64,000 nt of DNA from an uncultured Bacteroidales bacterium (GTDB lineage Bacteria; Bacteroidota; Bacteroidia; Bacteroidales; Paludibacteraceae). The position numbers and the translations under genes were made by a program. Positions 55,111-63,736 of the stretch are shown here, piece by piece. The stretch is taken from assembly GCA_900321605.1 (NCBI GenBank), contig ONWR01000005.1, positions 39,409 through 103,408 of the forward strand. The letters run 5' to 3'. The notes under the pieces are model-generated. The model did not search any database, had not been told where the DNA came from, and was given only the letters and a program-made list of their open reading frames with translations. Numbering within the stretch: the first letter of the stretch is position 1; every line of letters starts with the position of its first letter.

Positions 55111-57876
55111 TTACTTGAATAAATCAGGGAAGTTCTTCCAGATAGATTTGTTGGCGGCATAGTTGGTGTAGTGCTGCTCATCATTATACAACCACAAACC
55201 TTCCTGCTGGATCACAATACCGCCGACATAAATATAGCGTTTGTCCTTATTGGCATTGAGATTCGCTATTTTGGCAGCAAGAGATTCCGCTTTGTCTTTC
55301 ACCTCTGATTCATTCGCCGTGAAGCCACCTTTGGTATCGAAGATTCCGAGTTTGTCTTGACCGCGGAACTTGATAATCCAATCGGGATAGAAAATACGCA
55401 CTTTATTGGTAGCATGATCCGTATAGCGAATACCGAATGCGTCTTTGCCGGTTCCATTCTTAAACCACCATTCGATGCTCGTCGGATTGCTTTCCAAGAA
55501 TTGGATAAACCGAACCTCATTCTCCCGTCCGGCGTAGTTCTCCAACAAGCGGAATGGCTTAACGATGCTTAATGTAGCCGCCTGAAACTCCTTCATATCC
55601 TCGGTATATGCGTACTGCGCCTTGATGGTGAATACTTCCGCTTCTTGCTCGGCTATGCGCTCCATTTTGCGTTTCATCGCCTCGTCACGCTGTGGGATAT
55701 ATTCCCGCAAGGCTTGCGCGATCACACGCTTGAAGACACTATTTTCTTTGCGGTCTGTATCTTTGAGAAAGACCTTATATTGGCTGATATAGGAATAACT
55801 CGTCAAACCGATGGAGAACCACTGCCGCAAAGCCTCTTTGAGAGGCGCCCATGAACGGGCGATGTTGCCTAATTTGGTATCATCTTCCGTCTGTTCCTGC
55901 AAAATCTCATAGCAGCGATAACTGAAGAGTTTCTCTACATCGTTATTCGAGACTTCTACCATCACATCGCGTCCGTATTCATTGTTGATATCCTCATCGT
56001 AATTACGGAAATGCGCGTCCGCCATGACACTTCGTTCGTATCGCTCATCGGGATCTATACCTTTCGCGCGAAGCATCTGTTGCTGCTCTGCTAAAGTAGG
56101 TATCTTCTCTTCGGAAGAACCGAAATAGCGGTTGAACGTACCTATAAACGAAGATTGAAAATCACTCGCACGTCCCACATCGCCGTAGTCACCACGCGAT
56201 TGAAAATCGGATTTGAGAATAGGATCCACTACTAAATCCTGATCGCGCACACCGGCAACTCCGGCAGTCATTTGCGCTACTTGCCGGATGATGGCCTGCA
56301 TCGCAGCTTCTTTCTGCTCTTGGTGTTCATCGGCGGCAAAGAGTGTCGGCACTACGGCTTCCACGGTATGTTGCAGATTTTGTTTCTCTGCCTCAATCCG
56401 TTCTACGCGTTTGTGATAATCGTGCTCGGTATCGCGGATTTCCTGTATCTTCTGCGCGGTCTCTTGTGCTTTCTGGATCACCTGCGGCATCACTTGTGTC
56501 ACTTGTTTTGATACCTCATTGGGATTAGCAGCAGGAATGGTATCAAACAGCGTGCGCGCCACCTCTGTTCCAAACTGCTCCAAAGCAGCGGAAGTCTGCT
56601 GCTCCACACTCAGTTTAGAAATAGCGGTTTTCGGTCTGTTCTCCGTGCTGTCTTTAGGGTTTTGCACCTCATTACGGCGGTAGTTGGTATAGAGATATCC
56701 TGTTTTGAGAGCCGGATGTCCGCTCAAGTCTGCTCCGGGAACCGCCATGCGCAGAATGCGTCCGAGTGTCTGCGTGCGGAAGGTATCGGACTTGACTTCG
56801 CGGTACATGACCAAAATATGTGCACGCGGACAATCCCACCCTGTTCCGGCAGCGTATTTGAAGAGCATATATTCCACCGGATTATTGCCGTCGGAGATAA
56901 ACTCGATGTTCTCTTTCTTGTTATCAAACCATTTGGCGATGTGATTTGCCGGAACACCTTTCTTGAGAAGATAATCGGTTACTATCTCCTCTTTGCGTTT
57001 GACGCCTAAGTCTTTTGTTTTCTTATCGTCATCCGGCAACTGAATCAACACCAAGGGATTGATATCTTTTCCCGCACGTTCCCATTCGGCTTTCAGTTCC
57101 GCACGTTTCTCCATCGCCAAATCCAAAAGCAGATAATCGTGGTCGATATTCTCAAACACATTCAGATCTTCCTCGGTCTGCGAGATGATTTCTTCTTTGA
57201 TCAAGCCCGCTGCCACCACGTCTTGTCGCTCCACCTCTACAAATCCTGCGCGGTTGCGTCGTACATCGCTAATCGAAGGTTCGGAAGTCGGAGTAGCCGA
57301 CACTTTGAGAATAATCTTCGGGTTCAACGGATCAATAACGGTCTTGATAGCAAGGTCGGTCACGTTCTTGTGGCTCTCGTCAATAATCATCACAATCTGC
57401 CGTCCTTCCGCGTGCGTGCGCTCCACTATATCTTCGAAATAGAAACCGGATTCTTTGTATAAGCGCTCATCTTCCGGACGACGAAGAACACGTTTGTCGG
57501 CTTTCTCGGTCGATAGTTTCTGCCAGTTCAGGAACAGAATGTCATTCCGTTTAAGCACACCTTGGTTGAAATCCTGTACGGTCAGTAACTGATTGCCGAT
57601 ATTCGGATGAAAATACTCAAAGAACTTCTGCTTACTCTGCATCGCCAGATCGTCCGAGAACGTAATCCACACAAACGCAACATCCTCATTCCAATCGGGC
57701 TGCGTGTGCAAACCGTTGATGAAATTAGACACCATGAACGTCTTACCGCTGCCGGTGGGCGACTTAAACACTATCTCGTGTTTGAAATCATTGTTGGCAA
57801 ACCAGATGGCTTTGAACTGTGCCGTTAATTCTTCTACTGCGTTTTGCTGAAACGCAAGCATATTAAATTGAGCCAT
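55111..57876 (-). CDS. res: Type III restriction endonuclease, Res subunit
   Basis: SF2 helicase motifs PTGSGKT, DESH, SATP and QTLGRILR are present. A C-terminal PD-(D/E)xK-like motif reads YPDW...FDTKG; 921 aa. Confidence 0.88.
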   Translation of the reverse strand: MAQFNMLAFQQNAVEELTAQFKAIWFANNDFKHEIVFKSPTGSGKTFMVSNFINGLHTQPDWNEDVAFVWITFSDDLAMQSKQKFFEYFHPNIGNQLLTVQDFNQGVLKRNDILFLNWQKLSTEKADKRVLRRPEDERLYKESGFYFEDIVERTHAEGRQIVMIIDESHKNVTDLAIKTVIDPLNPKIILKVSATPTSEPSISDVRRNRAGFVEVERQDVVAAGLIKEEIISQTEEDLNVFENIDHDYLLLDLAMEKRAELKAEWERAGKDINPLVLIQLPDDDKKTKDLGVKRKEEIVTDYLLKKGVPANHIAKWFDNKKENIEFISDGNNPVEYMLFKYAAGTGWDCPRAHILVMYREVKSDTFRTQTLGRILRMAVPGADLSGHPALKTGYLYTNYRRNEVQNPKDSTENRPKTAISKLSVEQQTSAALEQFGTEVARTLFDTIPAANPNEVSKQVTQVMPQVIQKAQETAQKIQEIRDTEHDYHKRVERIEAEKQNLQHTVEAVVPTLFAADEHQEQKEAAMQAIIRQVAQMTAGVAGVRDQDLVVDPILKSDFQSRGDYGDVGRASDFQSSFIGTFNRYFGSSEEKIPTLAEQQQMLRAKGIDPDERYERSVMADAHFRNYDEDINNEYGRDVMVEVSNNDVEKLFSYRCYEILQEQTEDDTKLGNIARSWAPLKEALRQWFSIGLTSYSYISQYKVFLKDTDRKENSVFKRVIAQALREYIPQRDEAMKRKMERIAEQEAEVFTIKAQYAYTEDMKEFQAATLSIVKPFRLLENYAGRENEVRFIQFLESNPTSIEWWFKNGTGKDAFGIRYTDHATNKVRIFYPDWIIKFRGQDKLGIFDTKGGFTANESEVKDKAESLAAKIANLNANKDKRYIYVGGIVIQQEGLWLYNDEQHYTNYAANKSIWKNFPDLFK

Positions 57877-57882
57877 AACGTA

Positions 57883-59802
57883 TTATAGTTGGTGGATGTT
57901 CTGATAAATCTCTAAAATCGGTTGCGGAATTGGTTTGATGGTAATACCCGAAAGGTCATCAAACTCATTCTCAAAAACAGAAGGATCGCCCCATGTGAAG
58001 ACATAGACCGCGATGCGCGTTAACGTGTGAGCTGCTTGTATCTGCTCTATCTCTCGGCGGAAATCCGCAAATTGCAGGAGGTTGCCGGAGAAATAAACCG
58101 CAGTATAACCAAAATCATTCGTCGGTTTGTCACCCTTGCGGAGTTGGAAAATCTGATACGATTTGGCAGTCTTTATCTCCTCTAAGTTGTTTTCTCCCAA
58201 AGCCAAGAGACAACCGGCTTTCTGCGTCAAAGCCACTTTGTCCGCATCGGTAATGTCGGTAATCTTATGCTCGCCCACAAACGCCGTGCGGTAGTATTTC
58301 ATGGAGTTTCCGAGACCTGCAACCGCTTCTCCTTTTGCGTTGGTGTAGCCCTGCATCACACGTTTATTGCGTTCGTACGTAACTGCCTCGCAGATATTAT
58401 TCTCGTTCTGTTGTACCAAGATACATTGCCTATGTCCGCCATCTTCCTCATTCAACTGCATCGTCGCGTGCATCGTTGTACCTGATCCGGCGAAGAAATC
58501 GAGGATGATAGAAGAAGGTTGTGAAGCAATTTCTTCTATCCGTTTAACCAAATCAATTGGTTTGGGAGTGTCAAATGGAATTTCCTTATTGAAAATCTCC
58601 TTCAGTTCTTTTTTCGCACCATCCGTGTGATTTACTTCAGTAAATGGCCAAAAAGAGGTAACTAAGCGACCTTCTACATTTGTTAGATACGTTTTACGAG
58701 CAATTCCGCCTTTCCCATTCTTTGTGAAATAATACTTCGGCCATTGTCCTCTATTTAAAACTATGTTAGCTTGTTTTCTTGATTCTTCTAAACTTTGAGC
58801 AAGTACAATTCCTTTTACCTCTTTTCTTACTTTATCTGCCGTTATACCGCACACCTTAGCTCTTTCTTCGTCGTCATTCAGATTTTTGAGTTCATAGTTA
58901 CACCAACCATTCATTATTTCCAATAAATCTTCTTGTTGGTATCTCCAACAAGCTCCATTATATGGATATAATAGTTCCCCAGTAAATGGATGTTGTATAG
59001 CATATACCATTCCTTGGTGACTTACAGCTCCCGGTGCACATGGATTATCACTTCGCCACGGAGCAACATCATTGTCAGGATTTTTATATTTAGCATCCAT
59101 TTCTTCCGTTCTTGCAAGCCTATTAGGTGTCCAATCTGGGGCTTTACTATACGTTATAAGATATTCTGTTGCAGCAGGTATTCCTTGTGAATTGTTTTTG
59201 GACGCATAGTTTTTTTGCCATATGATGTTAGATACAAACTCTCCACCTTTAAAAACTTGATCACAAAGTAGTTTAAGGTTGGCTTGTTCGTTGTCATCTA
59301 TAGAAATAAAGATAACACCTCTATCGGAAAGTAAATTTCTAGCCAGTTCTAAACGCTTTTGCATGAATGACAGCCAATAACTATGACGTAAAGGATGATC
59401 TGCAGGGACAATAGAACCATCTGGATATTTATCTAGAATACGCTTATCCTTATAAATAAAATCATCGCCGGTATTGTACGGAGGATCGATATAGATGACA
59501 TCAATTTGTCCCTTATGGGTATAGTTGAGACACGTGAGTGCGTGAAAATTATCACCCTCAATCAGAATATGTGTGGGCTTGCCATCATCATTCGAGATAG
59601 CTTTATCAGGAACCTCTTCCAATGTGGGAACAGCATTCTCGGCTTCCGCCTCAAATGCTTCGGGCACATCCATCCAACGCAAACCATATTGCGTCTCGCT
59701 GTTTTTCTTGATTTCTGTTTGGAGACGCAATACCTGCTTCTCCAACTCATGAATCTTCTGCAAGTACTCTTGCTCTGTCATAGTAGCGTTTGTTTTACAC
59801 AT
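57883..59802 (-). CDS. mod: Type III DNA methyltransferase, Mod subunit (beta-class N6A/N4C)
   Basis: Motif IV is DPPYNT and motif I is DFFAGSGTT, with a central variable region between them. It lies 6 nt upstream of res. An alternative start is ATG 59781. Confidence 0.88.
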   Translation of the reverse strand: MCKTNATMTEQEYLQKIHELEKQVLRLQTEIKKNSETQYGLRWMDVPEAFEAEAENAVPTLEEVPDKAISNDDGKPTHILIEGDNFHALTCLNYTHKGQIDVIYIDPPYNTGDDFIYKDKRILDKYPDGSIVPADHPLRHSYWLSFMQKRLELARNLLSDRGVIFISIDDNEQANLKLLCDQVFKGGEFVSNIIWQKNYASKNNSQGIPAATEYLITYSKAPDWTPNRLARTEEMDAKYKNPDNDVAPWRSDNPCAPGAVSHQGMVYAIQHPFTGELLYPYNGACWRYQQEDLLEIMNGWCNYELKNLNDDEERAKVCGITADKVRKEVKGIVLAQSLEESRKQANIVLNRGQWPKYYFTKNGKGGIARKTYLTNVEGRLVTSFWPFTEVNHTDGAKKELKEIFNKEIPFDTPKPIDLVKRIEEIASQPSSIILDFFAGSGTTMHATMQLNEEDGGHRQCILVQQNENNICEAVTYERNKRVMQGYTNAKGEAVAGLGNSMKYYRTAFVGEHKITDITDADKVALTQKAGCLLALGENNLEEIKTAKSYQIFQLRKGDKPTNDFGYTAVYFSGNLLQFADFRREIEQIQAAHTLTRIAVYVFTWGDPSVFENEFDDLSGITIKPIPQPILEIYQNIHQL

Positions 59803-59821
59803 TTGCTACTATCCTAATATA

Positions 59822-59937
59822 ATTCCACAGCCACGAAAAAAGCGGGCAATAACTCGCAAGAATTGAGGCTGTGGAATGCCCTAAGATAGACAAGTTACGC
59901 CCGCACACAACGGACGTTGCGACTTGTTTTCTATCTT
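59822..59937 (-). other. Structured segment of the mod 5' leader (two long hairpins)
   Basis: ATTCCACAGCC/GGCTGTGGAAT pair as 11 bp (59822-59832 with 59867-59877). AAGATAGA-CAAGT/ACTTG-TCTATCTT pair as 8+5 bp (59883-59895 with 59922-59937). Confidence 0.5.
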
Positions 59938-60078
59938 ATATGAAACTTCCACATTCCAATTCTATAGAACAAATAGCAAACGCTAATTAATAATATCATT
60001 TTGTGCAACACTTTGCACTTGTACTCCCTTTTTTACGCTGTAGAGCACAGCGGCTTGGCATTTGCAGCTTTGCGGCTG

Positions 60079-60110
60079 CAAAGGTAATACTTTTTTCTGA
60101 ATTACGCAAA
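60079..60110 (-). promoter_or_regulatory. Bacteroidota-type promoter facing mod, about 270 nt upstream of its ATG
   Basis: The plus strand reads CAAAGGTA-N20-CAAA. Confidence 0.6.
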
Positions 60111-60135
60111 TAAAACTCTCTTTTTTTGAACAGAC

Positions 60136-60167
60136 ACAAAAAAAATCTGCACTTTTGATGCAGATTT
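60136..60167 (-). terminator. Intrinsic terminator after the HUH-fusion gene
   Basis: On the minus strand, AAATCTGCA-TCAAAAG-TGCAGATTT is followed by a T-run. Confidence 0.8.
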
Positions 60168-60222
60168 ATTGTTTTTGTGATGTAATACGGACTTATTGAT
60201 GATGGTAACTTGACTCAGAATG

Positions 60223-61218
60223 TCATTCGGAACAATGGACGATGCTGCAAATCTCTTCTGCCATTTGATTCATGGCGACACACTCAGCACGAGTTACTTG
60301 TTTTTTCTTAGGATTGTACTCCCATGGGGATAGAATAAGCAAACGCCCCTCTGCCACTGCTTCAAACAAACCGTCTGAGGGTTTGAAATACTGTCCGAAA
60401 CCGTTATCTGCGATGTAGATAATGGGATGTTTCTCCTTTAGAAGCACCTCCAACACCGCTCTCTCATGTTCGCTGATGAACGGCGAGACCATCACCGAGC
60501 CTTTTCTTGCAGCCAGCACACAACTGTTCTTATAGTCCCGAAGCCGTTGATCTGCTCCGTGCTCCGCCTCGTCCACCATTGTCCGCCGCACATGAACCGG
60601 CATAAAATGTCTTTCCTGTAGAAGTTTGGCGTTCCCCACTCCACTATAGGTGCGTCCGGCTATTTCAATCCCATCTTGCACTCGAAAGAATCCCGGCATG
60701 AGTTTTTTCGTTGCGAGTCGCTGGGGATTGAGGATGAGATAATTCACCATCGTATTTAACTGTCCGTTCCGTGAGAGCGGCCGTACAAATGGCATCTCAT
60801 GAAAGAGCGGATCTGCGGTATGTTCGTTCTCCCGCATTAAATGCGGGGTAATAGACATACTATATGCGCGCCCTATTTTCTTCTCGCCTTGCCAAAAGCC
60901 ACGAACGACCGAGAGGATGCTCGTCGGCATCGTCTTGGTAACATGCCAAATAGCATGGAGATGATCAGGCATGAGACAATAACTGATAATATGAATCTCC
61001 GGTCTCCGTTTGGGTAAATCCAACATATGCCAGAGCACTTGTTTACCAAGATCTGACCATTCTACCCTCGCCTGCTGCGGATCATTGTCAGGAATGACCA
61101 ATTCACCCAGCAAAGGCTTTCTACTGGACACGACCATGGTTATGTGGTATATTCCCACACCTTTCCATGCAGTCTCCGGCTCTTGCCAATGCCATTGTTC
61201 ATCCTCGTTGTTCATCAT
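60223..61218 (-). CDS. RayT/IS200-like HUH (Y1) domain protein fused to an unknown C-terminal domain of about 140 aa
   Basis: YHITMVV, the HUH motif CLMPDHLHAIW and the Tyr helix VNYLILNPQRL are present. Residues from about 190 to 331 match nothing I recognise. Confidence 0.65.
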   Translation of the reverse strand: MMNNEDEQWHWQEPETAWKGVGIYHITMVVSSRKPLLGELVIPDNDPQQARVEWSDLGKQVLWHMLDLPKRRPEIHIISYCLMPDHLHAIWHVTKTMPTSILSVVRGFWQGEKKIGRAYSMSITPHLMRENEHTADPLFHEMPFVRPLSRNGQLNTMVNYLILNPQRLATKKLMPGFFRVQDGIEIAGRTYSGVGNAKLLQERHFMPVHVRRTMVDEAEHGADQRLRDYKNSCVLAARKGSVMVSPFISEHERAVLEVLLKEKHPIIYIADNGFGQYFKPSDGLFEAVAEGRLLILSPWEYNPKKKQVTRAECVAMNQMAEEICSIVHCSE

Positions 61219-61225
61219 ACCGGTT

Positions 61226-62053
61226 TTATTTGCGGGAAAGGGTCCAATCGGAAAGGGAATAGGTGCTTTCGACTTGAGATTCTATGCTGTCCGGCAGATG
61301 AAAGAAGAAATCCAAGCCCGTTTGTTCTTCGACCTCATCGACGGTATGCATATATGTCATCAAAGGTCGGTTGCCTGCCTTGTTCGGCATAATAAAACCG
61401 ATCGATGCCCAGCCTTTGCCTGTTCGGCGAAGAAAGACCTTATAGAAAGCGGAAGGGACTGCAATAGAATGATTCTTTCCTATCGTTTGATAGTTGGCTT
61501 CCACAATAGGTCCGCAAGCGATATAGATGCTCCCGTAAGTCTGTGCCCAGTCACGTGCCAGCTCCTCCAGATCTTTCCAATCCCCGGCGTTCAGATTATG
61601 AAGTTGCGGGCAGATGTTGGTCATGTAGAAACTCTCACGCATCGCCTGTTCTGACCATTTCATATCTGCCGCAGGAGCCATGTGTCCGCGATCATAGCCG
61701 GACTTGGAATAATCGCCGGTCGTCACAGGATCTCCCTTAACTAACGGATCCGGTTTGAAATGATTCGAACGCTCCTGTTCACCAATTGTTTCGGAGTTGG
61801 TTAACTCATAGGCAACCCAGTTGGGCACAAGCCATTGGGGATTATAACTGACGGTATAGCCCAAGTGCTCAATCACTTGTTCCGGCTGATAATTATTTAA
61901 GCGCGGGATTTCGTAAGGTGCCTGAGTGTCTATTTCCGTTTCTGACGTGTTGGACGTATTGGAGGTGTTGTTCGTGTTATTGGCAACGACGAATGAGGCA
62001 ATCATGATGATTGCCATTAAGAGGATGGTATAAATATTCGTTTTCTTTCTCAT
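61226..62053 (-). CDS. DNA/RNA non-specific endonuclease (beta-beta-alpha-Me, NucA/EndoG family), N-terminally anchored or secreted
   Basis: Catalytic DRGHMAPAADM, an N-terminal TM/signal segment, and an NNTNNTSNTSNTS linker. Confidence 0.85.
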   Translation of the reverse strand: MRKKTNIYTILLMAIIMIASFVVANNTNNTSNTSNTSETEIDTQAPYEIPRLNNYQPEQVIEHLGYTVSYNPQWLVPNWVAYELTNSETIGEQERSNHFKPDPLVKGDPVTTGDYSKSGYDRGHMAPAADMKWSEQAMRESFYMTNICPQLHNLNAGDWKDLEELARDWAQTYGSIYIACGPIVEANYQTIGKNHSIAVPSAFYKVFLRRTGKGWASIGFIMPNKAGNRPLMTYMHTVDEVEEQTGLDFFFHLPDSIESQVESTYSLSDWTLSRK

Positions 62054-62126
62054 AGCTTACATTTCTTTCTATTTAAGTTTGGAGGATAGAATGTGCATCA
62101 GTTCGGTATTCATTTGACTTTTAAGC

Positions 62127-63362
62127 TTAATTTATCTTAAAGGCTTGCGACATAATTTCTTGGTCTTCACGAGGAATGTGGTAATGTTTTGCCCATGTGC
62201 GCCATGAGGAAACCTGCTGTTTAACGAGTGTGATGATTTGCGCAGATTTAGTGGCGCTTAATCCAAAATATGGGGCTACATCGGCAGCCAAACCAAAGTC
62301 TAATGCATTAGAATGTTCGTCGATATTGAGGCTTAGTCCGGATCCAAAATATGAGGGATTTAGATCATAAGCAGGTGACAGTTTCCAACCTTTTTCAGAC
62401 AGGAGAAATCCATGATTTCGGAGATGGTCGTCACAGTTACTGATTGCAATATTGAAAACGATTCGTTTCCATAGTTCTTCTAAATCCTCCTGAACCTGAC
62501 AACTATTGCGACTAATCCATTCGGCAAGTTCGAGATATGAACATCCATCGGTATTACCATCCGAATAGCCAAGCATTGTCATAGCAGATGTGAAATGAAT
62601 GCGTTTACCATCCTGAGTACGATCAAAACGCTTCGTCAAGAAAGTAGCATGTTGGTTGAAACGGACGATGTCAAAATCAGAAACATTGATGCCACAAGCC
62701 CGCGCTAATTGCATAACAACGGCTTCCCATGCTCCGATGTCCTGTCGGTCGTTGCGACTTGGAAATTTTGCTATCCAAAGTGAGCCATTAGGATCCAACA
62801 CGTTCGCTTTTGGTCGCGCGCCTCCCAAAGAAGAGCCCGGAGTCAGGAGTATTTGCAACCATTTGCGCATGTTCGGATCGTTGTCATTCTCCAGATGCCA
62901 ACTGGCCTGTTCCAATTCGCGTAGAGAAGTGAAAGGCGGCGTGGTATATTGTTTGTCATCATCCAGAAAAGCTCCTTCTATATTCGTTTTCAGGCGAATA
63001 GCGCCCATACGTGTGGCGTCATTTACACCCAAAAGGAAGTCACTCTCCATGAGCGTCAGGCGAGGTTGTTGCTCGTCTTTAGATCGGATAGACTCGCGGC
63101 GTTCGAGCAACACTCTACCCCATCGATCCGGAGCTGAATCGGTAAAAATGCCAAAATTCGTTTTCGTATCAGCAAGGAATTGTCGTCCCGTAAAAAGTTG
63201 TAAATCAGGATCTAACAAACGACAATATGGCGTTTTCAACCATTCCTTGTCAAATTCGAAAGAGAAAATCTCTTTTCCACGAGATGGTTGTGCAAACAGA
63301 CACCCCATAAGCATTGGGGAATCTACACGAAAATCATCGAAATAGACGTAAATGGTTTGCAT
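62127..63362 (-). CDS. hipA: HipA family kinase toxin
   Basis: N-terminal coupling domain (FGIFTDSAPDRWGR). GGARPK and the catalytic CDDHLRNHGFL are present. Confidence 0.85.
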   Translation of the reverse strand: MQTIYVYFDDFRVDSPMLMGCLFAQPSRGKEIFSFEFDKEWLKTPYCRLLDPDLQLFTGRQFLADTKTNFGIFTDSAPDRWGRVLLERRESIRSKDEQQPRLTLMESDFLLGVNDATRMGAIRLKTNIEGAFLDDDKQYTTPPFTSLRELEQASWHLENDNDPNMRKWLQILLTPGSSLGGARPKANVLDPNGSLWIAKFPSRNDRQDIGAWEAVVMQLARACGINVSDFDIVRFNQHATFLTKRFDRTQDGKRIHFTSAMTMLGYSDGNTDGCSYLELAEWISRNSCQVQEDLEELWKRIVFNIAISNCDDHLRNHGFLLSEKGWKLSPAYDLNPSYFGSGLSLNIDEHSNALDFGLAADVAPYFGLSATKSAQIITLVKQQVSSWRTWAKHYHIPREDQEIMSQAFKIN

Positions 63363-63364
63363 AG

Positions 63365-63670
63365 TTATTTCGCTTTAGATGCACGTTTTGAGATTGTTAG
63401 CCCTGCGTCTTGAAGTTTGCGACCGAGAATGTCATCTTGAGCAACGGAACGCAAATCCTCCTCTAATCCAAGCACTATCAGCACGCGCAGATAATAACCG
63501 ATAGCAACACCCTCATCTCCGTTTTCTATTTTGATAAGCGTATTGCGCGCAATACCTGCGCGTTCGGCTACTTGCTCGGAGGACAAATTACGTCTGAGGC
63601 GTGCTAAACGATAGTTCTCGCCCAACTCGCGAAGCAATCTCTCATGCTTAGGTAATAGTGCTCTTTTCAT
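63365..63670 (-). CDS. XRE-family HTH antitoxin (HipB-like)
   Basis: HTH LSSEQVAERAGIARNTLIKIENG. It ends 2 nt upstream of hipA. Confidence 0.8.
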   Translation of the reverse strand: MKRALLPKHERLLRELGENYRLARLRRNLSSEQVAERAGIARNTLIKIENGDEGVAIGYYLRVLIVLGLEEDLRSVAQDDILGRKLQDAGLTISKRASKAK

Positions 63671-63704
63671 AGGAACTTGATATATTAATGTTCATAATTT
63701 TGCG

Positions 63705-63736
63705 CAAAGATACTACTTTTTGCGCATATATGCAAA
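63705..63736 (-). promoter_or_regulatory. Bacteroidota-type promoter facing the hipB-like gene
   Basis: The plus strand reads CAAAGATA-N20-CAAA. Confidence 0.6.

Noticed and set aside
60223-61218. IS200/IS605 insertion sequence.
   Set aside because: The HUH domain is present, but I see no subterminal hairpin ends, no tnpB/iscB partner and no second copy in the window. The extra C-terminal domain and tight coupling to the nuclease gene argue against a simple IS. I kept it as a finding instead.
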